From positions 17,873 to 81,872 of the forward strand of contig DASZJD010000111.1 of the NCBI GenBank assembly GCA_035948415.1: a DNA stretch of 64,000 nt. Reading direction: 5' to 3'. Shown here piece after piece: positions 26,212 through 33,600 of the stretch. The DNA comes from Acidimicrobiia bacterium. GTDB lineage: Bacteria; Actinomycetota; Acidimicrobiia; IMCC26256; PALSA-555. The translations under genes were made by a program, and so were the position numbers. The notes beneath the pieces are model-generated. The model worked only from the letters and a program-made list of their open reading frames with translations, did not search any database and was not told the origin of the DNA. Positions within the stretch are counted from its first letter, which is position 1; each line of letters opens with the position of its first letter.

Positions 26212-26946
26212 TCAGCGGTCCTCGATGCGACCGGGTTCCCCGGCCGCCGGCTGGCACCACTCCAACCAGCCCCACCCGGCGTCGCCGGTGAGCAACGCCA
26301 GCACGAGGCGGGCGCCGACGGGCACGACCGCCACCGCCGCGACCGTGAAGTCGAACGATCCGACCCGCGCCGCGACCGGCAGCCCGGCGGCGTCGAGCTC
26401 GAGGCCGAGCGCGTCGCCACTGACGCGGTGGCCGCTTTCGCCGTCGCCCTGCCAGGAGAGGCGACGCCACGCGTGGTCCCAGGCATCGTCGGCCAGCGAC
26501 TCGTGGACGAAGGTCCCGGTCCCGTCGAAGTCGGCGCGCTCGTCGCCGACCAGCAGCTCCCCGTGGACCGTGCCGAAGGGTGCGGCGCCCGCCTCCCACT
26601 CGACGTCGAGGCCGACGGGACGTCGCTCGCCGCGCTCGCCGCGCTCCGACTCGAGGGGATCGTCGAGGTGCACGCCGAAGGCCTCGAGCGTCACGGCCCA
26701 GTGCTCGTCCGGCGACCCCGACCTCAGCTCGGCCCAGAGGGCGTCCGCCCGCACCACGGCCGACCCGACCGTCGCCGGGGGCGCGACGTCGTGATCTCGG
26801 ACCACCACCAGGCCCCACGCCGGCGAGACCACGTAGGTCCAGAACCACGCCCGGTCCGGCCAGCGCGTCAGCCGCACGAACCCGCCCGTGCCGTCACGCC
26901 GCGCGAAGGCCAGCGACCACGCCTCGCCCCGGGCCCGTTCGGTCAC
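26212..26946 (-). CDS. Hypothetical protein (244 aa)
   Basis: This is the 3' part of the 822-aa shadow-extended ORF. The GTG at 26946 is supported by a TACGCT box 8 nt upstream. GC3 is high and no family is recognised. Confidence 0.55.
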   Translation of the reverse strand: MTERARGEAWSLAFARRDGTGGFVRLTRWPDRAWFWTYVVSPAWGLVVVRDHDVAPPATVGSAVVRADALWAELRSGSPDEHWAVTLEAFGVHLDDPLESERGERGERRPVGLDVEWEAGAAPFGTVHGELLVGDERADFDGTGTFVHESLADDAWDHAWRRLSWQGDGESGHRVSGDALGLELDAAGLPVAARVGSFDFTVAAVAVVPVGARLVLALLTGDAGWGWLEWCQPAAGEPGRIEDR

Positions 26947-26954
26947 CGTCGAGC

Positions 26955-26960
26955 AGCGTA
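26955..26960 (-). promoter_or_regulatory. -10-like hexamer TACGCT (minus strand), 8 nt upstream of GTG 26946
   Basis: One half of a back-to-back pair of -10 boxes (plus strand reads AGCGTA-cgcg-TAGGCT) inside a 30-nt divergent intergenic region. Confidence 0.35.
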
Positions 26961-26964
26961 CGCG

Positions 26965-26970
26965 TAGGCT
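26965..26970 (+). promoter_or_regulatory. -10-like hexamer TAGGCT, 6 nt upstream of ATG 26977
   Basis: Second half of the back-to-back -10 pair. There is no room for a 5' UTR or an SD motif. Confidence 0.35.
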
Positions 26971-26976
26971 TCGCGG

Positions 26977-27927
26977 ATGCCCGATCCCGACCCGCTCCGT
27001 CGAGCCGGGCGGGTCCGCTCGATCGACGTCGACGGCGTCCCGGTGCACACCGTCGAGTGGCGCCCTGCGAATCCGCGCCCCGGGCGGCGGGTCTTGTTGC
27101 TGCACGGGCTGGGGGCGAACACCCTGACGTGGGAGCCCCTCGCGGTGCCGCTCGCCGAGCGGCTCGGGGCCATCGTCACCGCCGTCGACCTGATCGGCTT
27201 CGGCCGGACCCGTTCCTCGGGTCGCAGCGCGGCCCTCAGCACCCAGCGCCGCGTCGTGCACACGGCACTCGACGAACTCGGTTCGGCGCTGATCATCGGC
27301 AACTCGATGGGCGCCTGCATCGGCGTCGGCGTGACCGCGACGCGCCCCGAGTCCGTCGCCGGGCTCGTGCTCGTCGACCCGGCCGTCCCGCACCCGCGGC
27401 CCGGGGTGGCGGACTGGATCCGGCTGGCGTGGCTGGCGCCGCTGGCGGTCCCGGCCCTCGGCGCCGGGGTGGTCGCGCTGCGAGCCCGGACGCTCGGACC
27501 CGAGCGGCTCGTCGACACCGCCGTGCAGGCGAGCGCAGGCCGCGCCGACGCGGTGGACCCCGACCTTCGTCGCCGCATGGTCGAGCTGACCGCCGAGCGG
27601 CTGCGATGGCCCGACGCCGCCACGGCCTACGCGGACGCGGCGCGCTCGCTCGTCGCGTACCTCGCGCGCGGCCTCCACCGCGACCTCGCGGCGGCAAGCG
27701 CCGAGCGGCCGACCCTGATCCTCCACGGCGCCGACGACCGGCTGGTCCCCCTCGAAGCGGCCCGCCACGCCGCGGACGTCCACGACCTGGACCTCCACGT
27801 GCTCGACGGGATGGGCCACGCCCCGCAGCTCGAAGACCCGGGCCGCGTCGTCGGGGTCATCGAGACCTGGATCGAGGGGCGGCCGCTCCCCGGTTGGACC
27901 GCCCGCCCGGCCGACGCGGGGCGCTGA
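26977..27927 (+). CDS. Alpha/beta hydrolase fold protein
   Basis: 316 aa. Oxyanion region LLLHGLGAN, nucleophile elbow IIGNSMGA, and a C-terminal GMGHAPQLEDP. Confidence 0.88.
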   Translation: MPDPDPLRRAGRVRSIDVDGVPVHTVEWRPANPRPGRRVLLLHGLGANTLTWEPLAVPLAERLGAIVTAVDLIGFGRTRSSGRSAALSTQRRVVHTALDELGSALIIGNSMGACIGVGVTATRPESVAGLVLVDPAVPHPRPGVADWIRLAWLAPLAVPALGAGVVALRARTLGPERLVDTAVQASAGRADAVDPDLRRRMVELTAERLRWPDAATAYADAARSLVAYLARGLHRDLAAASAERPTLILHGADDRLVPLEAARHAADVHDLDLHVLDGMGHAPQLEDPGRVVGVIETWIEGRPLPGWTARPADAGR

Positions 27928-27986
27928 GACCGGCTGCACCCGAGCGCGGGCGGCCGAGCAGCGGCGCCGATTCACGACCGGGGGCG

Positions 27987-27992
27987 TAGCAT
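27987..27992 (+). promoter_or_regulatory. -10-like hexamer TAGCAT, 7 nt upstream of the pspA ATG (putative leaderless promoter)
   Basis: TANNNT form with no SD-like motif before ATG 28000. Confidence 0.4.
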
Positions 27993-27999
27993 TCCGGGC

Positions 28000-28758
28000 A
28001 TGTGGGACGCCCTGAAGCGATGGTGGCGGTACCTCGGGGCGAAGGTCGGCGTGCGCCTCGAGGAGCGCGCCGACCCGAAGGTCCAGCTCGAGCAGGCGAT
28101 CCGTGACGCGCGCCAGCAGCACCAACGGCTGCTCGAGCAGGCGACGAACGTGATCGCCAACCAGAAGCAGACGCAGCTGCGCCTCGACCGGGCGATGGAG
28201 GACTACGAGCGGGCCAACGCCTCCGCCCGTCAAGCGCTGCTGCTCGGGGACCAGGAGGCGCGGGCGGGCAACGCGGACAAGGCCACGACCTTCAACCAGG
28301 CCGCCGAGGGCTTCGCGAGCCGGATCGTGAGCCTCGAGGCCCAGGTGGGCCAGCTCCGGGAACAGTTGCTCGACGCGACGCGTGCCTCGGAGCAGGCGAA
28401 GTCGGCGGTCACCCAGAACTCGGCCGCGGTGCAGAAGAAGCTCGCCGAGCGGGAGCAGCTCTTGAGCCAGCTCGACCAGGCCCGCATGCACGAGCAGATG
28501 AACACGGCGATGAACCAGCTGTCGGAAGCGGTCGGTGAGGACGTCCCGACCTTCGAGGAGGTCCGCATCAAGATTGAGCGTCGCCTCGCCCGCGCGCAGG
28601 CGGCCTCCGAGCTCAGCGGGACCAGCGTCGACGCCAAGATGCTCGAGGTCGAGCAGGCGCAGCTGAGCGCCGAGGCCCAAGCCCGGCTCGGCTCGCTACG
28701 GGCTGAGCTTGGGCTGCGCGCCCCCCCGATGCTGAACGCGCCCGAGGAATCCGGCTAA
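28000..28758 (+). CDS. pspA: PspA/IM30 family protein (phage-shock protein A-like)
   Basis: 252 aa, coiled-coil. ADPKVQLEQAIRDARQQHQRLLEQATNVIANQKQ and later heptad-rich sequence are typical of PspA/IM30. Confidence 0.88.
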   Translation: MWDALKRWWRYLGAKVGVRLEERADPKVQLEQAIRDARQQHQRLLEQATNVIANQKQTQLRLDRAMEDYERANASARQALLLGDQEARAGNADKATTFNQAAEGFASRIVSLEAQVGQLREQLLDATRASEQAKSAVTQNSAAVQKKLAEREQLLSQLDQARMHEQMNTAMNQLSEAVGEDVPTFEEVRIKIERRLARAQAASELSGTSVDAKMLEVEQAQLSAEAQARLGSLRAELGLRAPPMLNAPEESG

Positions 28759-29372
28759 CCGGGATCGGACCCGCCGGCGACGCGCGCCGCGACTTGGCGC
28801 TGGGCCACCAGCCCGATCCAGCACAGCTTCGCGATCGACGGGTCGGCGAAGGCGACCGGGATGGAGATCCCGAAGATGAGGATGGGCACGGCGGCGCGGA
28901 CCCGGGCGTGCCGCCGCGTCGACGGGGGGACTCGCGGGTCGACGAGCCCGACGCGGAGGGCGTACTCCCACGTCGCCGCCGAGAGCCCGGCCGTCACCAC
29001 GAACGCGGCGGCGTAGAAGACGACCCCCGTGGTTGTGTTCCCGTACTGCCCGATGATCTCGGTGGGGAAGGGGAGGAAGACGATGGCGGCGAGGAACACG
29101 AGGTTCAGCACGATGAACGTCGTGTCCACTCGCCGGAGCAGGACCGACAGGCGGTGGTGGACGAGCCAGAACCGGGCGATCACGTAGAAGGAGATCACGA
29201 ACCCGATCAGCAGGCCCCCGTCGTGGCCGAGCCCGTCCAGCAGCCGACGGTCGACGTGCGGACCGGAGACGTGGGGGACCCGCAGGTTGAGGACGAGCAG
29301 GGTGATGGCGATGGCGAACACGCCGTCGCTGAAAGCGATGACCCGGTCGAGCCCCCGGCCTCGCTCGTCCAG
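28755..29372 (-). CDS. TMEM175 / DUF1211 family channel homologue (copy 2). The start is uncertain: CTG 29372 is proposed, and the first canonical in-frame start is GTG 29321
   Basis: ORF track 28755..29321. The in-frame upstream codons encode ELDERGRGLDRVIAFSDG, which is the family's conserved N-terminal motif, but there is no ATG/GTG/TTG there. The stop overlaps the pspA stop (CTAA). Confidence 0.6.
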   Translation of the reverse strand: MDERGRGLDRVIAFSDGVFAIAITLLVLNLRVPHVSGPHVDRRLLDGLGHDGGLLIGFVISFYVIARFWLVHHRLSVLLRRVDTTFIVLNLVFLAAIVFLPFPTEIIGQYGNTTTGVVFYAAAFVVTAGLSAATWEYALRVGLVDPRVPPSTRRHARVRAAVPILIFGISIPVAFADPSIAKLCWIGLVAQRQVAARVAGGSDPG

Positions 29373-29430
29373 CTCTGGTGCCGCGATCGCACCATGCTGA
29401 CGCGGCGCGCGGTGGGGGGCGCGGACCCGC

Positions 29431-30417
29431 TCACCCCAGCAGGTCGGCGACCTCCCGGCGCTCCTCGAGCAGCTCGTCGGTGGTGATCCGGATCCGCTCG
29501 GCCGCGAACGCGTCGTGCTGGAGGCCCTCGACGACAGACCACGACGACCCGTCGCTGCGAACGGGGAACCCGAACTGCAGCCCCTCGGGGATGCCGTACT
29601 CGCCGCGGCTCGGCACCGCGAGCGAATGCCAGTCGTCGGCCGGGGTCCGCCGCCAGATGCTGTTGACCGACTCGATCGCGGCGTGGGCGGCCGACGCCGC
29701 CGATGAGGCCCCGCGCGCCGCGATGACGGCCGCGCCTCGCTGCTGCACGGTCTCGAGGAAGGGCCCCCGCAGCCAGTCGTGGTCCGTGATGACGTCCGGC
29801 ACCGGCCGGCCCTCGATCCGGGCGTGGAAGAAGTCGGGGAACTGCGTGGTGGAGTGGTTGCCCCAGACGGCGAGATTCGTGACCGTTCGCGTCGGCACGT
29901 CGGCTCGTTTCGCGAGCTGGCTCTTGGCCCGGTTCTCGTCGAGGCGCATCATGGCGAACCAGCGCTCGGCCGGGACGTCCGGAGCGTTGCTGCGGGCGAT
30001 CAGGCAGTTGGTGTTGGCGGGGTTGCCGACGACCAGGATTCGAACGTCGCTGGCGGCGTGGTCGTTGATCGCACGGCCCTGCGGCTGGAAGATGCCGCCG
30101 TTCACGGTGAGGAGGTCACGGCGCTCCATCCCGGCCTTGCGGGGCACCGACCCCACGAGCAGACACCACGACGCGCCCTCGAAAGCGCGGGTCACGTCGG
30201 CGGTCGGCTCGATCCCGGCCAGGAGCGGGTGCGCGCCGTCCTCCAGCTCCATCACGACGCCCTCGAGCGCGGCCATGGCGGGCTCGATCTCGAGGAGGCG
30301 CAGGACGACGGGCTGCTCATCGCCGAGCAGGGCGCCGGCGGCGATCCGGTGCACGAGCGCGTAGCCGATCTGGCCGGCGGCGCCGGTGACCGTGACGTGG
30401 AGCGCGCGGGTCGCCAT
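29431..30417 (-). CDS. mdh: Malate dehydrogenase (NAD-dependent)
   Basis: 328 aa. Motifs: [29 protein letters not shown] and [13 protein letters not shown]. Confidence 0.95.
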   Translation of the reverse strand: MATRALHVTVTGAAGQIGYALVHRIAAGALLGDEQPVVLRLLEIEPAMAALEGVVMELEDGAHPLLAGIEPTADVTRAFEGASWCLLVGSVPRKAGMERRDLLTVNGGIFQPQGRAINDHAASDVRILVVGNPANTNCLIARSNAPDVPAERWFAMMRLDENRAKSQLAKRADVPTRTVTNLAVWGNHSTTQFPDFFHARIEGRPVPDVITDHDWLRGPFLETVQQRGAAVIAARGASSAASAAHAAIESVNSIWRRTPADDWHSLAVPSRGEYGIPEGLQFGFPVRSDGSSWSVVEGLQHDAFAAERIRITTDELLEERREVADLLG

Positions 30418-30436
30418 CGGCGGAGGAACCTACCTG

Positions 30437-31222
30437 CTACGCCCCGCGTCCCGCCGACGGTGCGGCCGAGTCCGCGTGGGCCAGGAGCAGCTCGCGCGCC
30501 TCGCTGAGCTCGGCCAGGCGCTCCGCCGCCCCGACGCGCGCCGCGCCGTGGTCCGGGTGCGCGAGCCGGACGAGGCGCCGGAAGCGCGCCTGCACGTCGG
30601 GACGCTCGACGGTCATGTCCGCTCCGAGCCCCAGCACCTCCATCGCCCATCGACGCTCGGCCGGGACCCCCCGCCACCTGTCGTCCTTGCGGTCGCCGTT
30701 GGCGTGCGGGGCGAAGGGCTGCAGCCCCGGCACCCCCTCGTACAGGCGGCGCACGACCAGCCCCGACGGCAGCACCGGATGGGCGACGGCCGCCTCGATG
30801 GCCCGAAGGGCGGTTCGCCGGGCTGAGCTCGGCAGGGACGCGGCCGCCATCACCGCGCCGAGCAGCTGCGGGACCCCAGAGCCGTGACGGTCGAGCTCGA
30901 GCACGACGGCGGGCGCGCTGCCGAGCCGCGCCTCGCTCACGATTCGGTGGCGGGACCGGTCGAGGCCGTGGGTGTCGGTCTGCAGCCGGTAGCGGAGCGC
31001 GATTCGGGGCACCGCCATTCCGTCGGCAGCGTCGTGGACCAGCCGCGGGAGCAGGTCGCGCTGCTCCTCGTCGAGATCGTCGAGGTGCTCGGCGACCACG
31101 GCGCCGAGCAGGACCGCGCCCCAGCCGGGGCCGCTGAGGGGCAGGTAGGCGTCACCGAGGGCGACCCGGCGGGTCGGCATGTGCCGCCGCGAGTGACGGA
31201 CGTTCAACTCGGCGAGCAGCAC
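30437..31222 (-). CDS. Protein with an uncharacterised N-terminal domain and a C-terminal J-domain (HPD motif)
   Basis: ORF 30437..31285 trimmed to GTG 31222, with GGGAGGG 4 nt upstream. The C-terminus ERRWAMEVLGLGADMTVERPDVQARFRRLVRLAHPDHG is a DnaJ J-domain signature. Confidence 0.75.
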   Translation of the reverse strand: MLLAELNVRHSRRHMPTRRVALGDAYLPLSGPGWGAVLLGAVVAEHLDDLDEEQRDLLPRLVHDAADGMAVPRIALRYRLQTDTHGLDRSRHRIVSEARLGSAPAVVLELDRHGSGVPQLLGAVMAAASLPSSARRTALRAIEAAVAHPVLPSGLVVRRLYEGVPGLQPFAPHANGDRKDDRWRGVPAERRWAMEVLGLGADMTVERPDVQARFRRLVRLAHPDHGAARVGAAERLAELSEARELLLAHADSAAPSAGRGA

Positions 31223-31300
31223 GTGACCCTCCCGACCACCGTGTTCGCTGCTTCCCAGCGTGCCGGATGATCCCGGCGCGGCCAAACCGGCCCCGCGCTC

Positions 31301-32503
31301 CTACATGTGATCGATGACGGCCTCCGCGAAGGACGAGGTCTTGACCTCGTGGGCGCCCTCCATGAGGCGGGCGAAGTCGTAGGTCACGATCTTGTCGGCG
31401 ACCGTGGCTTCGAACGCCTTCGTGATCAGGTCGGCGGGCTCCTGCCACCCGAGGTGCTCGAGCATCATCACGCCCGACAGCAGCAGCGACGAGGGGTTGA
31501 CCTTGTCCTGGCCCGCGTACTTCGGCGCGGTCCCGTGGGTCGCCTCGAAGACCCCGTGGCCGGTGACGTAGTTGATGTTGCCCCCGGGGGCGATCCCGAT
31601 GCCGCCGACCTGGGCGGCGAGGGCGTCGGAGAGGTAGTCGCCGTTCAGGTTCGTGGTCGCGATCACGTCGAAGTCCTCGGGCCGGGTGAGCACCTGCTGC
31701 AGCGTGATGTCGGCGATGTTGTCCTTCACGAGGACCTTGTCGCCGGGCTCGCCGTGGCAGTCATCCCAGCCGACGGCGACGCCCGCGAACTCCTCGCGGG
31801 TGAGCTCGTAGCCCCAGTTGCGGAACGCGCCCTCGGTGTACTTCTGGATGTTGCCCTTGTGCACGAGCGTGACGCTCTTGCGGTTCCGAGCCAACGCGTA
31901 CTGGATCGCGGCCCGGATGAGGCGCTTCGAGCCGGTCTCCGATACCGGCTTGATGCCGATCCCGGAATCCTCGCGGATCCGCCACCCGAACTCGCGCTCC
32001 AGCAACCCGATCAGCGTGTGGGCGTCCGGCGTGCCGGCCTCGACCTCGAGGCCGGCGTAGATGTCCTCGGTGTTCTCGCGGAAGATCACCATGTCGACGA
32101 GGTCGGGGCGCTTCACCGGCGACGGCACGCCCGGGTACCAGCGAATTGGGCGGAGGCACACGTACAGGTCGAGCACCTGGCGGAGGGCGACGTTCAGCGA
32201 CCGGATCCCGCCGCCGACCGGCGTCGTCAAGGGGCCCTTGATCCCGATCAGGTGCTCCCGGAACGCGGCGACCGTCTCGTCCGGCAGCCAGCTGCCGGTC
32301 TGGCGGTTCGCCTTCTCGCCCGCGAGGACCTCCCGCCAGGCGATCGCCCGCCGGCCCGCGTACGCGTTCGCGACGGCCGCGTCGAGGACCCGCTGCGCCG
32401 CGGGCCAGATGTCGACGCCGGTCCCGTCGCCCTCGATGAAGGGGATGACGGGCTCGTCGGGCACCGTGAGGGCGCCGTCGACCATCTTGATGTTCTCGGG
32501 CAT
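31301..32503 (-). CDS. icd: Isocitrate dehydrogenase (NADP-dependent, homodimeric type)
   Basis: 400 aa. Motifs: [35 protein letters not shown] and [15 protein letters not shown] lies upstream of the ATG. Confidence 0.95.
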   Translation of the reverse strand: MPENIKMVDGALTVPDEPVIPFIEGDGTGVDIWPAAQRVLDAAVANAYAGRRAIAWREVLAGEKANRQTGSWLPDETVAAFREHLIGIKGPLTTPVGGGIRSLNVALRQVLDLYVCLRPIRWYPGVPSPVKRPDLVDMVIFRENTEDIYAGLEVEAGTPDAHTLIGLLEREFGWRIREDSGIGIKPVSETGSKRLIRAAIQYALARNRKSVTLVHKGNIQKYTEGAFRNWGYELTREEFAGVAVGWDDCHGEPGDKVLVKDNIADITLQQVLTRPEDFDVIATTNLNGDYLSDALAAQVGGIGIAPGGNINYVTGHGVFEATHGTAPKYAGQDKVNPSSLLLSGVMMLEHLGWQEPADLITKAFEATVADKIVTYDFARLMEGAHEVKTSSFAEAVIDHM

Positions 32504-32527
32504 CGGCGTCCTCCGGCCTGCTGCGCC

Positions 32528-32743
32528 TCAGTGCGTGAGCGCGACGATCGCCAGCGTGATGAGATACACGGCGACGAACCCGGCGCCAGTCCACCACAGC
32601 GCGCGGGCCGAGTACGGACCGGGGCGGCCGTCGATCCCCGCGAGCGACCATCCGCACGCCGGGCAGCGCCGCGCCTCGGCCGTGAAGGTGACGCCGCAGA
32701 GCGGGCAGGTTCCCCCCGCAGCTCGGACGGACGGGGCGCTCAA
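32528..32743 (-). CDS. Small zinc-ribbon plus single-TM protein (71 aa)
   Basis: This is the 3' part of ORF 32528..33184. The TTG 32743 overlaps the folD TGA (TTGA), with GGAGAG 8 nt upstream. It has CPLCG...CPACG followed by the TM helix WWTGAGFVAVYLITLAIVAL. Confidence 0.55.
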   Translation of the reverse strand: MSAPSVRAAGGTCPLCGVTFTAEARRCPACGWSLAGIDGRPGPYSARALWWTGAGFVAVYLITLAIVALTH

Positions 32744-33600
32744 CGCGACGCTCTCCGTTCGGCCGCCTCGACCGCGTTGCGGAACAGCATGGCGATCGTG
32801 GTGGGCCCGACGCCGCCGACTCGGGGAGTGATCGCGCCCGCCACCTCCGCGCAGCGCTCGTCGACGTCGGGCAGGAGCCGCCGGCCCTCGTAACGCACCC
32901 CACCGCCGATCACGACCACCCCCGGCGAGATGTGCTGGGGCTGGAGGATGCCGGGCACGCCGGCCGCCGCCACCACGATCTCGGCCCGCTGGGTGTAGCG
33001 CGGCCAGTCCGGGACGCCCGTGTGCACGACCGTCACCGCGGCGTTGGCCGTCGGGCGCTTCTGCGAGAGCAGCAACGCCAGCGGCCGGCCGAGCGTGGTC
33101 CCCCGGCCGAGGATGCAGACCTCGCGCCCGGCGACCGGCACGTCGTGGTGCGCGAGGAGCGCCTCGATGCCGGCCGGGGTGCACGGGATCGGCCCGGGCA
33201 GCGACATGGCCAGCCGACCCATGTTCACCGGGTGGAGGCCGTCGACGTCCTTGTCGGGGTCCATCTCGAGCAGCGCGGCCTCGTAGTCGATCTGGACCGG
33301 CGTGGGGTGCTGCACCAGCATGGCGTCGACAGCGGGGTCGTCGTTGAACCGGCGGATCGCCGCCACCAGGTCGGCTTGTGTGGTGTCCTCGGGCAGGTGC
33401 GCGTGCGGCGAACCCATGCCGAGCTCGGCCGCCTTCTCCTGCTTCTGGCGGATGTACCCGGCGCTGGCGGACTCGTTGCCGACGAGGATCGTCGCCAGAC
33501 CGGGCTGGTGCCCCGCCGCCGTCAGGGCCTTGATCCGCGGCTCGAGGTCGGCGAAGACCGCGTCCGCCACCGGGGCGCCGGGGAGGAGCCGCGCCGTCAT
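32740..33600 (-). CDS. folD: Bifunctional methylenetetrahydrofolate dehydrogenase/methenyl-THF cyclohydrolase
   Basis: ORF 32740..33942 trimmed to ATG 33600 (MTARLLPG...). Motifs: ATILVGNESASAGYIRQK, DVDGLHPVNMG, ILGRGTTLGRPLALLL and PRVGGVGPTTIAML. Confidence 0.93.
   Translation of the reverse strand: MTARLLPGAPVADAVFADLEPRIKALTAAGHQPGLATILVGNESASAGYIRQKQEKAAELGMGSPHAHLPEDTTQADLVAAIRRFNDDPAVDAMLVQHPTPVQIDYEAALLEMDPDKDVDGLHPVNMGRLAMSLPGPIPCTPAGIEALLAHHDVPVAGREVCILGRGTTLGRPLALLLSQKRPTANAAVTVVHTGVPDWPRYTQRAEIVVAAAGVPGILQPQHISPGVVVIGGGVRYEGRRLLPDVDERCAEVAGAITPRVGGVGPTTIAMLFRNAVEAAERRASR

Noticed and set aside
26212-28680. 822-aa minus-strand ORF spanning the alpha/beta-hydrolase and pspA region.
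   Set aside because: Only the last ~244 codons (26212..26946) look protein-like. The remainder is antisense to two well-supported plus-strand genes and is Arg/Gly/Pro-rich shadow sequence.
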